From: an uncultured Desulfobacteraceae bacterium
Lineage (GTDB): Bacteria > Desulfobacterota > Desulfobacteria > Desulfobacterales > UBA5852
Reading direction: 5' to 3'
Assembly (NCBI GenBank): GCA_942491115.1
Contig: CALNZV010000019.1
Coordinates: forward strand, 42,142-106,141
Length of the DNA: 64,000 nucleotides
The notes under the pieces are model-generated. The model was given only the letters and a program-made list of their open reading frames with translations. It was not told the origin of the DNA and searched no databases. Shown in pieces: positions 1-9,352 of this stretch. Numbering within the stretch: position 1 is the stretch's first letter; every line of letters starts with the position of its first letter. The translations under genes were made by a program, and so were the position numbers.

Positions 1-696
1 GCAAAGGACGGCGTCGTCCAAAAAGCGACATCGGCTCTAAAAGCCGCCTATCCCGACCTTTTTGTCATCACGGATGTGTGTTTATGCCAATACACAGATC
101 ACGGCCACTGCGGGGTGGTGGATGCCGGCATCATCAACAATGACGATTCACTGGATCTTCTGGCGAAAACCGCCGTATCCCACGCCCAGGCAGGCGCCGA
201 CATGGTCGCTCCATCGGATATGATGGACGGACGGGTTGCAGAAATTCGGGCGGCCCTCGACGACAACCAGTATTCTCACGTCCCCATCATGGCCTATTCC
301 GCCAAGTATTGCTCCTCTTTTTATGGACCCTTCAGGGATGCCGCCCACTCGGCTCCCCAATTCGGTGACCGGCGGACCTACCAGATGGATCCGGCCAACA
401 GCCTGGAGGCCATCAGGGAAGTGTCCATGGACGTCGAGGAGGGGGCCGACATCATCATGGTCAAACCGGCACTGGCCTATCTGGACATCATCTGTCGGAT
501 AAGGGAGGAGATCGATCTGCCCGTTGCCGCATACAGTGTCAGCGGTGAATACTCCCTCATAAAAGCCGGCGAGCAGATGGGATGGATCGATGGCGAGAAA
601 GTCATGATGGAGACCCTGACAGCCATCAAGCGGGCCGGTGCGGACATGATCCTCACTTACTTTGCTCTAGACGCAGCAAAAATCCTGTCGCGATAA
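1..696 (+). CDS. hemB: Porphobilinogen synthase (delta-aminolevulinate dehydratase), 5'-truncated by the window edge
   Basis: Frame is open from base 1 (AKDGVVQKA...[16 protein letters not shown]). Zn-binding CxCxxxxxxxC, [23 protein letters not shown] (Schiff-base Lys), YSVSGEY. Confidence 0.97.
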   Translation, partial: AKDGVVQKATSALKAAYPDLFVITDVCLCQYTDHGHCGVVDAGIINNDDSLDLLAKTAVSHAQAGADMVAPSDMMDGRVAEIRAALDDNQYSHVPIMAYSAKYCSSFYGPFRDAAHSAPQFGDRRTYQMDPANSLEAIREVSMDVEEGADIIMVKPALAYLDIICRIREEIDLPVAAYSVSGEYSLIKAGEQMGWIDGEKVMMETLTAIKRAGADMILTYFALDAAKILSR

Positions 697-759
697 TCCA
701 TACCGGACGGCGGGCAGCCGGTCGCGAGCCACCGTCCGTCAGCCATAAAAGGAACACCG

Positions 760-1899
760 ATGAAGCCACACGCCACCGCCCACGGACACCCCGGCGGCCA
801 TCCGGCGGGCGCCGGAGCCAAAGATGCCAGGGAGGCCTCTCTAAGGCTGGTCGCCTGGGAAACCACCCGCAACTGCAATCTGTCTTGCCAGCACTGCCGA
901 GCGTCGGCCGACAACGGCCCCTTCGAAGGGGAGCTCGGCACCGAGGCCTCCTTTCGCCTTCTCGACCAGATTGCCGACGTCGGCAAGCCCATCGTTATAC
1001 TCACCGGGGGGGAGCCCCTGTTGAGAGCAGATATTTTTGACATTGCGCGCTACGGCACCGGGCTTGGTCTTCGAATGGTCATGGCTCCCAACGGCACGCT
1101 CATTACAAAGGAGCATGCCCGCAGAATGGTTGAATCCGGCATCCAGCGGATCAGCGTCAGTCTTGACGGCGCGACCCGGGAGACCCACGATCGGTTCCGG
1201 GGTGTGGAGGGCGCTTACGACGGCGCCTTGCGAGGTATTCAACTGGCCAAGGAAGCCGGCATCGACTTTCAGATCAACACCACCATCTCCCAAATCAATC
1301 TCAAGGAGATCCCAAAGATCCAGGAGTTGGCCATCCACCTCGGTGCCGTGGCCCACCATATATTCCTTTTGGTTCCCACGGGCAGAGGCAAGTATCTGAT
1401 CGATAAGGAAATCGACGCCCAAGAGTATGAGGACACCCTCAACTGGTTCTATGACCAGCGGGAGAAGTCCCCCCTTCAGTTGAAGGCAACCTGCGCCCCC
1501 CATTATTACCGAATCCTCCGCCAACGGGCCCGGGAGGAAGGCCGCAAGGTCAGCTTTGAATCCCATGGACTCGATGCCGTCACCCGAGGGTGCCTCGGGG
1601 GGGTCGGTTTCTGCTTCATCAGCCACCGGGGTATCGTTCAGCCCTGCGGCTTTCTTCAGGTCAACAGCGGTGATGTCACCCAGGACTCCTTTGCCGATAT
1701 CTGGAGAGGGTCCAAGGTCTTTACTTCTCTTCGGCAATACGACGAACTCAAGGGAAAATGCGGAGAATGCGAGTACCGGCGGGTGTGCGGCGGTTGCCGG
1801 GCCAGGGCCTACGAAGCCAGCGGCGACTTTATGGACGAAGAGCCTCTCTGCAGTTTTGAGCCGACCGTTAACCGCAAATCAAAGGAAACACCGTCATGA
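760..1899 (+). CDS. ahbD: Radical SAM/SPASM heme b synthase of the siroheme-dependent (Ahb) pathway
   Basis: WETTRNCNLSCQHCRA (CxxxCxxC), LTGGEP, TRGCLGG, C-terminal CGECEYRRVCGGCRARA SPASM motif. Directly follows hemB. Confidence 0.88.
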   Translation: MKPHATAHGHPGGHPAGAGAKDAREASLRLVAWETTRNCNLSCQHCRASADNGPFEGELGTEASFRLLDQIADVGKPIVILTGGEPLLRADIFDIARYGTGLGLRMVMAPNGTLITKEHARRMVESGIQRISVSLDGATRETHDRFRGVEGAYDGALRGIQLAKEAGIDFQINTTISQINLKEIPKIQELAIHLGAVAHHIFLLVPTGRGKYLIDKEIDAQEYEDTLNWFYDQREKSPLQLKATCAPHYYRILRQRAREEGRKVSFESHGLDAVTRGCLGGVGFCFISHRGIVQPCGFLQVNSGDVTQDSFADIWRGSKVFTSLRQYDELKGKCGECEYRRVCGGCRARAYEASGDFMDEEPLCSFEPTVNRKSKETPS

Positions 1900-2501
1900 A
1901 AATCGAAGACCTCATGGTGAAGGATCCGATTACCGTCAGGGAACAGGCCTCTATTCGGGAGGCCATCGACGTCATGAAGTCCAATTCCATTCGCCACCTT
2001 CCGGTCGTCAAGGCAGACCGGACTCTGGTGGGCTTCCTAACCCTGTCGGACCTCAAGCAGGGACTGATTCCTTCCATGGTGGCCGATTTGTCTCTGTCGG
2101 ACCTCATGATTCGCAAACCGGTAACGGTCGGGCCGGAAACGGATGTGGAAATCGCTGCGCAGCTCATCTACAAGCGCAAAATCGGGGGGCTGCCCGTTGT
2201 CGAAAAGGGCTACTTGGTGGGAATCATCACGGTAACCGACATTCTCGGCGCATTTATCAACATGATGGGAATTCTCTCTGCCAGTTCCCGGCTCGATGCC
2301 GCCATCGACGACAAACCCGGTGCCCTGAAAAAGGCCATCCAGATCATTCACGACAACGGCGGGGATATCATCAACGTCGCCATGGCCAGAAAATCCGGCA
2401 AAAAGCGCACCTACTACTTCCGTCTGACCGAGTGCGATACGGCCCCGATTTGTGACGCCCTGAAGAAAGAGGGCGTTGTGGTCTTCAACGCACCGGAATA
2501 G
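1896..2501 (+). CDS. CBS-pair plus ACT domain protein (AcuB-like)
   Basis: Two CBS repeats (IRHLPVV, IGGLPVV..GIITVTD) and C-terminal DKPGAL ACT motif. ATGA overlap with ahbD. Confidence 0.85.
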   Translation: MKIEDLMVKDPITVREQASIREAIDVMKSNSIRHLPVVKADRTLVGFLTLSDLKQGLIPSMVADLSLSDLMIRKPVTVGPETDVEIAAQLIYKRKIGGLPVVEKGYLVGIITVTDILGAFINMMGILSASSRLDAAIDDKPGALKKAIQIIHDNGGDIINVAMARKSGKKRTYYFRLTECDTAPICDALKKEGVVVFNAPE

Positions 2502-2507
2502 GGGCGA

Positions 2508-3530
2508 TCAAGCCGTGTAGTAGGATCGATACCACTCGACAAACCGGGAAATTCCCTCCTCGAGAGGCGTATCCGGGACAAATCCCACGTCTCGAGTCAA
2601 ATCCTCAACGTCCGCATAGGTCGCCGGAACGTCGCCCGGCTGCATATCCAAGAATTCCTTCTTTGCCTCTTTTCCTAGTGCGGTTTCGATGATCCGGATG
2701 AAGTCCAGAAGCTCGACGGGCTTATGGTTTCCGATATTGTAGATACGATAGGAGGTGTAGGAGGAGCCCGGATCCGGACTCTGGCTGGACCAATCCGGGT
2801 TGGGCTGCGGCAGCCGGCTCATGGTTCTCACCACCCCTTCGACGATGTCGTCGATATAGGTAAAGTCCCTTCGCATCTTTCCATGATTGAAAACCTGAAT
2901 GGGTTTGTCCTCGAGGATCGCTTTGACAAAAAGAAAAAGCGCCATGTCCGGCCGGCCCCATGGTCCATAGACGGTAAAGAATCGCAGCCCCGTGCAGTTC
3001 ATCCCGTACAGGTGGCTGTAGGTATGGGCCATCAACTCGTTGGATTTCTTGGAAGCGGCATACAGGGAAACCGGATGGTCTACGTTGTGGTGGACCGAGA
3101 AGGGCATAAGCGTGTTGGCCCCGTAGACGGAACTGGAGGAGGCAAATACCAGATGCCGGGCCTCGAAGTGGCGGCAGCATTCGAGAAGGTTGACGAAGCC
3201 CACGATGTTGGAAGCCACATAGGCATGGGGATTGGTCAGAGAGTATCGAACGCCGGCCTGGGCGGCAAGGTTGACCACCGCATCGAAGGGTCCGGTCTTG
3301 AAAACGGTCTTCAGGGCGTCGAGATCGGCCAGATCCTTCCGGACCAGTGAGAACTGATCAAAATCCATGAGCTGCTTCAGACGATCTTCCTTGATTCGGA
3401 CGTCATAATAGTCGTTGACGTTGTCATAGCCGACCACAGTGACTCCCTCCCGAAGCATTCGAAGGGCCAGATGATATCCAATGAAGCCGGCGGCACCGGT
3501 AACCAGGATACGGTCAAGTGAGTGGGACAT
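2508..3530 (-). CDS. NAD-dependent epimerase, UDP-glucuronate 4-epimerase type
   Basis: ILVTGAAGFIG, NLAAQAGVRYSL, ASSSSVYG, YAASK, RFFTVYGPWGRPDMA, MQPGDV. Confidence 0.93.
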   Translation of the reverse strand: MSHSLDRILVTGAAGFIGYHLALRMLREGVTVVGYDNVNDYYDVRIKEDRLKQLMDFDQFSLVRKDLADLDALKTVFKTGPFDAVVNLAAQAGVRYSLTNPHAYVASNIVGFVNLLECCRHFEARHLVFASSSSVYGANTLMPFSVHHNVDHPVSLYAASKKSNELMAHTYSHLYGMNCTGLRFFTVYGPWGRPDMALFLFVKAILEDKPIQVFNHGKMRRDFTYIDDIVEGVVRTMSRLPQPNPDWSSQSPDPGSSYTSYRIYNIGNHKPVELLDFIRIIETALGKEAKKEFLDMQPGDVPATYADVEDLTRDVGFVPDTPLEEGISRFVEWYRSYYTA

Positions 3531-3599
3531 CGGTATTGGCTCCTGTTATTGTTGTTGGCGACAGATAGACGGTGGTGGCGGGTTGGAAATCATGCGGCA

Positions 3600-4553
3600 T
3601 CAGGCCCCGGCATTGGACCTGAACCAGTCATAGGTCCGTTTCAGTCCGGCTTCGAACGCCACGGCGGGTTCAAAGCCCAAATCACCCCTGGCCCGCGAGG
3701 TATCAGCGACAGAGTGTCGGATATCCCCTTCCCTTGCCGGCATGTAAGATGCCGACACGTCCAGGGCCGCCAGGGCGGCCACCCGATGCCACAGGTCGGT
3801 TACAGTGATCGAGCCGCCGCAGCCGATGTTGTAAATCTTACCGGGAGATCCGGGAGCGACGGCGGCAGCCAGATTGGCAGCAACCACATCCTCAACGAAT
3901 ATGAAATCCCGGCTCTGCTCTCCATCTCCGAAAATGACCGGCGCCTCCCCCTTCGTCGCCCGCTCCATGAAAATGGAAATCACTCCCGAATAAGGGGAGG
4001 AGGGATCCTGCCGAGGTCCAAACACATTAAAATACCTGAGGCACACCGCTTCGAAACCGTATAGGCGATGATATAGATCGGCATAATACTCGTTGACCAG
4101 CTTCTGGAGCGCGTAGGGGCTTAACCACCCCGGGTCCATGGCCTCATGTTTGGGCAGTGTCGGATCGTCGCCGTATACCGCGCTCGAACTGGCCAGGACC
4201 ATGCGTTTGATTCCGTGGCGTCTCGCTGCGTCCATCACTTTCAGGGTACCGATCTCGTTGACCTCCGCAGAACCCGTCGGATCCTTGACGGAAAGGGGCA
4301 CGGACACGACCGCTGCCTGGTGAAAAACAAGGTCCACGCCCCTGACGGCGGTATCGACAGCCTCATCATGACGGATATCGCCTTTGATAAACTCGATACG
4401 TTGACCGAATGGAGCCAGATTCTCCATTTTCCCCGTGATGAGATTGTCGATCACTTTCACTTTGGCGCCGCGTTCCAGAAGTCCTGCCACCAGGTGAGAC
4501 CCGATGAAACCCGCGCCACCGGTGACCAGGGCGCACTGACCGTTGAATGGCAT
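3600..4553 (-). CDS. NAD-dependent UDP-sugar 4-epimerase/dehydratase (extended SDR)
   Basis: LVTGGAGFIG, FHQAA, SSSAVYG, YALQK, RYFNVFGPRQDPSSPYSGVI. Confidence 0.92.
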   Translation of the reverse strand: MPFNGQCALVTGGAGFIGSHLVAGLLERGAKVKVIDNLITGKMENLAPFGQRIEFIKGDIRHDEAVDTAVRGVDLVFHQAAVVSVPLSVKDPTGSAEVNEIGTLKVMDAARRHGIKRMVLASSSAVYGDDPTLPKHEAMDPGWLSPYALQKLVNEYYADLYHRLYGFEAVCLRYFNVFGPRQDPSSPYSGVISIFMERATKGEAPVIFGDGEQSRDFIFVEDVVAANLAAAVAPGSPGKIYNIGCGGSITVTDLWHRVAALAALDVSASYMPAREGDIRHSVADTSRARGDLGFEPAVAFEAGLKRTYDWFRSNAGA

Positions 4554-4868
4554 AAATCGTCGTCCTTGAGTTGGGAGTGTTCGATGCCGGAAACGGTTGA
4601 CCGATTGAGGCGAAAACTGAGGCAGTCGCCATCCCGTAAATGCGGACGTCGACTCCCAAGCGAGGGTGGCGGCAGATCAGGGAGGGTTGACCCGCCATCC
4701 GGACTTGGCGGTCAACCACCGCAGACCGGGCCACCCACGGTACCCGTCTCCTAACAGAATTCCACATTCCGCACAACCGGAAGACGCTGAACGAGTCGCC
4801 GCCGTTGCCGGGAGTCCACCGTGATATGACATTCCGTTGCAATCGGAAGAGGAATCATCGAAATCACC

Positions 4869-4897
4869 TTGACTAAGCGTACGATCATTTTTAGTCT
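4869..4897 (+). promoter_or_regulatory. Candidate sigma70 promoter for the moaD/thiF-like pair
   Basis: TTGACT-N17-TAGTCT upstream of the ORF at 4924/4948. Confidence 0.5.
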
Positions 4898-4923
4898 TCA
4901 GGAGGTAAAGTCCACCGAAACCC

Positions 4924-5181
4924 ATGCCCTCTAGCCCAAGATGCCCTATGAAAACGATTATCGATGTTCGACTATTTGCCACACTGACCCAGTACCTACC
5001 CGTGGATTCCGACAAAACGCCCATCCCTGAGGATGCCACCGTGCTGGACGTCATCCGCTTTCTCGGGATTCCGGAAGCAGACGTCAAACTGGCCTTTGTC
5101 AACAGCGTTCAGGTCTCCTTAGATACGGTTCTCCACAGCGGCGATCGACTCGGGCTCTTCCCTCCTGTCGGAGGCGGATAA
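4924..5181 (+). CDS. MoaD/ThiS ubiquitin-like sulfur carrier (alternative start 4948)
   Basis: VRLFATL...GDRLGLFPPVGGG, C-terminal Gly-Gly. Confidence 0.9.
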   Translation: MPSSPRCPMKTIIDVRLFATLTQYLPVDSDKTPIPEDATVLDVIRFLGIPEADVKLAFVNSVQVSLDTVLHSGDRLGLFPPVGGG

Positions 5182-6051
5182 ATGGCCGATTTGGATCCCG
5201 GCGAGGCCTGCGGCAAAGCAGCGGAGGAAAATCGATTTCCTGACGGCGAGCCCTTTCTCCGACTGAGCACGGTCGAGAGCCAGTTGATTGCCGAAGCCAC
5301 GGGTTGCCATGCACGGGATGTGGATAACGCCGCCCTGGGTCGCGGCATCCTGCCCGAGCGGTATGAACGCAACTTCAAGTCCCTATCGGCCCGGGAGCAG
5401 GCCGGACTTCTCGCCTCCAGGGTTGCCGTGATTGGCCTGGGCGGGCTCGGAGGGACGGTTGTCGAAATTCTTGCCCGGACGGGAGTAGGGTTTCTTCGCC
5501 TGGTCGACGGTGACCGGTTCGAGGGTCACAACCTGAACCGGCAGTTCCTATCCTCGATGAACACGATTGGCCAGCCGAAAGCCGATTCAGCCAGAGACCG
5601 AATTGCATCGATCAATCCCTCGGTCCTCTGCGATGCCCGGCCCATCTTCATGACACCCGAAAACGCCAGCGACCTTGTCAAAGATGTTCACCTCGTCGTG
5701 GACTGCCTCGATACCATCACTGCCCGGTTCCATCTTGAGGCCGCCTGCAAGCAGTGTGGGGTCCCCCTGGTGTCCGGCGCTATCGCAGGCGCCTCCGGTC
5801 ATGTGACGGTGATATTTCCGGAGGATTCGGGTCTCCGGCAAATATATGGTGATCCCCACTCCGCGAACGTTAGAGGGGCTGAAGCCACTCTCGGAACCCT
5901 GGCCATGGCCGCTAGTCTCGCCGCCAGCCTCGAAGCCACAGAAACCATTAAAATCCTCCTCGAACGACATTCCACTCTAAGACACCGCCTGCTGATCTTC
6001 GACCTGATGGCCGGTCTTTTCGAAACGGTTTCCCTGGCCGATACGGACTGA
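5182..6051 (+). CDS. ThiF/MoeB/HesA E1-like adenylyltransferase
   Basis: RYERN, VIGLGGLGG, LVDGD, NLNRQ, DCLD. Starts immediately after the MoaD/ThiS stop. Confidence 0.9.
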   Translation: MADLDPGEACGKAAEENRFPDGEPFLRLSTVESQLIAEATGCHARDVDNAALGRGILPERYERNFKSLSAREQAGLLASRVAVIGLGGLGGTVVEILARTGVGFLRLVDGDRFEGHNLNRQFLSSMNTIGQPKADSARDRIASINPSVLCDARPIFMTPENASDLVKDVHLVVDCLDTITARFHLEAACKQCGVPLVSGAIAGASGHVTVIFPEDSGLRQIYGDPHSANVRGAEATLGTLAMAASLAASLEATETIKILLERHSTLRHRLLIFDLMAGLFETVSLADTD

Positions 6052-6205
6052 TTCGGCACATTCTTAATTATCTCTTTCACAAGGTTTTAGACGACCCCCA
6101 ACGGCTCAAAGGTCTGACAGAGGATCCCAGGATCGTCCGCTAAGGGGGGAACCCCATTATGCGTCGTCATGTCGTCGAACGCCGGTTGCAATCGAAAAAC
6201 AACCG

Positions 6206-6685
6206 TTGATCCTTTTAACGGCAGGAATTGCTGTGCCTGTTCGTGGCAGCGATGGCCACTGTCTACTTTTCTGATCGCCATCTAAGATGGCTACATTCGG
6301 TCCTTCGCCAACCAGGAATGCCCCGTTTCGGAGGTGGCGTTCCTGGACAGCGATCGCCTGATCCACGATGGCACCCAAAACGAATCCTTCTGGCGCATGA
6401 TACCGCTCTTTGCGATTTACGGGAAACCGGGCAGCCAATCCACCCGGGAAATGGAGGTCGTCTCCTGGCGGATAATGGACCCGCTTGATCGGATTTTTGA
6501 ATCCACAGGTGCCGGCGACGATCGACAACGATGGTCCCGTCCGCTGTTTGCATCGATATCGGAAATCCTGGTGGCCTTTGGAAAGGGATCCGGGCAGAAC
6601 CGAAGCAGACGTTGCCGCCCATATGAAAGCCGTTGGCGAGACCATGACTTTCCCATTCGAGGTCTACCCGAAAATCTCCGGGTGA
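6206..6685 (+). pseudogene. Possible frameshifted remnant of a membrane-anchored hypothetical protein
   Basis: Gene-like codon usage appears to hop between + frames: hydrophobic LILLTAGI/LCLFVAAMATVYF, an in-frame TAA at 6283, then DGYIRSFANQECPVSEVAFLDSDRL...PLFASISEILVAFG, then TEADVAAHMKAVGETMTFPFEVYPKISG*. No family recognised. Confidence 0.25.
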
Positions 6686-6818
6686 TGAAGGCCTGGAGAG
6701 CCGATGATCGTTCCCGCAGACATCGAGTCGGGCCTTCGAGAACCGTAACCATCAGTGAGATTGCCCAGAGAAGAAGGCGTAGGGGTTACCGATACCGCGG
6801 TTGACTGTCGGTGGTTGG

Positions 6819-7610
6819 CTATTCCGAAGATGGATGTCTGACGGTTGACCAGCGATCGGACAACCAGCGGGCCCCCCGCTCTATCCATCCCACCGTTTCC
6901 CAAAGAAACCGAGTGAGCCGGTCAGCGGCCGATAGGGGTTCAGGCAGGGTCAGGGATTGTGTTTCCGGGGATGGCGCCGTCACGGCAGACCGAAGGGCAT
7001 GGATCCGCTCGATGTGTTCCGCCCATCCCGGCTGATCCGGATACTGGGAATCAAGCGTCTCCCAGATGGCCAGGCTGTGTCGGGCAAATCCCTTTTCCTC
7101 CAAAGCGATGGCGCATCGTTCGAGAAGACCCGAGCCTATCGACTCTCCGGAAATGCGGTTTGAGAAAAAAGTGTCCACCGACAACGCAATGGTCGACGGG
7201 GGATTCAACCGTGCAAGGCATTCCATTACCGGATCGATGAGCAGCATCGCCGGAAACCGCTTCTCCAGCAATAGGGCAAATTCCTTTAGGGCCTCCTCAT
7301 GACAGCCGATCTGATATAACGCCCCCCCGCAGATCAGATGATCCCTGCTGTTGTGGTGCCCCCCCCAGCCGGATCTTAGGGTTTCCATTTCATCCTCGGT
7401 CATTCGGCAGTAGGGATCGATGTCGGCGGATTCCATGGCAAGGTCGATGCCCGCCATTCGCTGACGGATGCTATCGCGGATCGACTCCGGCAGGCCCGAG
7501 GCCGAATTCAACAGCCCCTCGTACAAGGCCATGGCCTCCTTGTGAAGGCCCTGGGCGAAATAGATTTCAGCCTCTTTTTTGGTCAGCGCAACCGTCAATT
7601 TACTGCTCAT
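6819..7610 (-). CDS. Hypothetical helical-repeat (TPR-like) protein
   Basis: EAEIYFAQGLHKEAMALYE and GGALYQIGCHEEALKEF TPR-like helices. Coherent composition. Confidence 0.6.
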   Translation of the reverse strand: MSSKLTVALTKKEAEIYFAQGLHKEAMALYEGLLNSASGLPESIRDSIRQRMAGIDLAMESADIDPYCRMTEDEMETLRSGWGGHHNSRDHLICGGALYQIGCHEEALKEFALLLEKRFPAMLLIDPVMECLARLNPPSTIALSVDTFFSNRISGESIGSGLLERCAIALEEKGFARHSLAIWETLDSQYPDQPGWAEHIERIHALRSAVTAPSPETQSLTLPEPLSAADRLTRFLWETVGWIERGARWLSDRWSTVRHPSSE

Positions 7611-7764
7611 GGCCGTATCCGATGGAAGTCATATCGATCTGGCTCCCCCTCTGTTGGTTCCAAGGCGTCAGTTTAGGTTATCGGCAGTTTCCCATACCCC
7701 TTAACACCATTGCCGGAACATATTGAGACCCCAAGAACCGCCATAACGGTTCGCTCCAAAGGCC

Positions 7765-9300
7765 TCAGTCGACCTCAAATCGAATGCCCTGGGCCAGAGG
7801 CATGTCTCCCGACCAGTTGACCGTGCAGGTCTGCCGCCTCATGTAACTCTTCCAAACATCGCTTCCCGCTTCCCGGCCGCCTCCGGTCTCCTTCTCGCCA
7901 CCAAAAGCGCCTCCAATCTCAGCACCCGACGTACCGATATTGACGTTGGCGATGCCGCAGTCGCTGCCCCAATGAGACAAAAACCCTTCGGCCTCCCGCA
8001 AATTATCGGTAAATATGGCCGACGACAGTCCCTGTGGCACGTCGTTTTGGTATTGAATGGCCTCCTCGAGTTCATCGTAGGCAATAAGGTAAAGAATCGG
8101 GGCAAAGGTTTCCTCCCTCAAAATGCCCATCTCCGGGTGAGCCATGCACAAGCACGGCGTCACGTATGTACCCGTGTCGTAGATACCGCCCGTCAGCACA
8201 TCACCGCCCCATAGAATCTCCCCGCCCTGTGCTTTGGCGGTTTCGATCGCCGACTGCATGGTGTCGACGGCCTTTTTATCGATCATCGGCCCCATTAGGG
8301 TCCTCGGGTCAAGGGGGTTGCCGACCACAACCTGTCGATAGGCGGCCACGAGGCGATTTGCCAGTTCCGGTAGAATGTCCCGATGGGCGATGACCCGCCG
8401 GGTGCTGGTGCATCGCTGGCCTGCCGTTCCAACGGCACCGAAAACAATCCCGCGCACAGCCAGGTCGAGACCGGCCTCCGGTGTGACAATGATAGCGTTG
8501 TTGCCTCCCAGTTCCAGGATCGTCTTTCCCAGGCGAGCCGCCACGGCTTGAGCCACACGGCGCCCCATGGGAACGCTTCCGGTCGCGGAAACAAGAGGAA
8601 TCCGGCAATCCTGGATCAATGCCTCTCCAACGGAATCGCGCCCGCCGATAACCAGGTTCAGGAGGCCTCTCGGCAGCCCGTTCTTTTCAAGAACCGGCCA
8701 GATGATCTTCATCAAGGCAATTGCCGAGAGTGGGGTTTTTGAGGATGGTTTCCAGATCACCGGATCACCAGCAGCCAGGGCGATCATTGCGTTCCACGCC
8801 CACGGTGCCGCGGGGAAATTGAAGGCGGTAATGACGCCGACCGGCCCCAGGGGGTGCCACTGCTCGTACATGCGGTGGCCAGGCCTTTCGCTGTGCATGG
8901 AGAGCCCGTAGAGCATCCGGGACTGGCCCAAGGCAAAATCGGCGATGTCGATGGCCTCCTGGATCTCTCCTTCTCCCTCGGCACTGATTTTACCTGCCTC
9001 GAGGCTGATGAGAGCGCCAAGGGCTCCTTTGTGATCACGGATCGCCTGGCCGATCTGCCGGATGACATCTCCCCGCTTGGGTGCCGGGGTGACCCGCCAT
9101 TTCAGAAATCCATCACGGGCATCCCTGACGATGGTCTCATAGTCGTCCAGTGATGCGCACTTGATGGTGGCAAGGGTCTTCCCGTCGATGGGACTCTCCA
9201 CATGCAGGGCTTCGCCCCCGCACTTCAGGAAGGTGCCGGATCCCGCGCCGGGCTGAATGCCGCCGAGATCAAAATGATCGATCGGGGTTGTCATGGTCAT
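7765..9300 (-). CDS. Aldehyde dehydrogenase, ALDH7/antiquitin (piperideine-6-carboxylate/aminoadipate semialdehyde dehydrogenase) type
   Basis: ITAFNFP, WKPS, ATGS, LELGGNN (Glu), GQRCT (Cys), EETFAPILY, SGAEIGGAFGGEKETGGGREAGSD. Start placed at 9300 after AAGGAG; the track start at 9399 overlaps the upstream gene. Confidence 0.92.
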   Translation of the reverse strand: MTMTTPIDHFDLGGIQPGAGSGTFLKCGGEALHVESPIDGKTLATIKCASLDDYETIVRDARDGFLKWRVTPAPKRGDVIRQIGQAIRDHKGALGALISLEAGKISAEGEGEIQEAIDIADFALGQSRMLYGLSMHSERPGHRMYEQWHPLGPVGVITAFNFPAAPWAWNAMIALAAGDPVIWKPSSKTPLSAIALMKIIWPVLEKNGLPRGLLNLVIGGRDSVGEALIQDCRIPLVSATGSVPMGRRVAQAVAARLGKTILELGGNNAIIVTPEAGLDLAVRGIVFGAVGTAGQRCTSTRRVIAHRDILPELANRLVAAYRQVVVGNPLDPRTLMGPMIDKKAVDTMQSAIETAKAQGGEILWGGDVLTGGIYDTGTYVTPCLCMAHPEMGILREETFAPILYLIAYDELEEAIQYQNDVPQGLSSAIFTDNLREAEGFLSHWGSDCGIANVNIGTSGAEIGGAFGGEKETGGGREAGSDVWKSYMRRQTCTVNWSGDMPLAQGIRFEVD

Positions 9301-9352
9301 TGTCTCCTTTCTATAGAGTTCTGCACCCGGCCACCACGGGAAGTCCTCCGGC

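Noticed and set aside
2508-4553. Two epimerases as part of a polysaccharide biosynthesis island
   Set aside because: No glycosyltransferase, flippase or polymerase genes nearby, and base composition looks like the surroundings.
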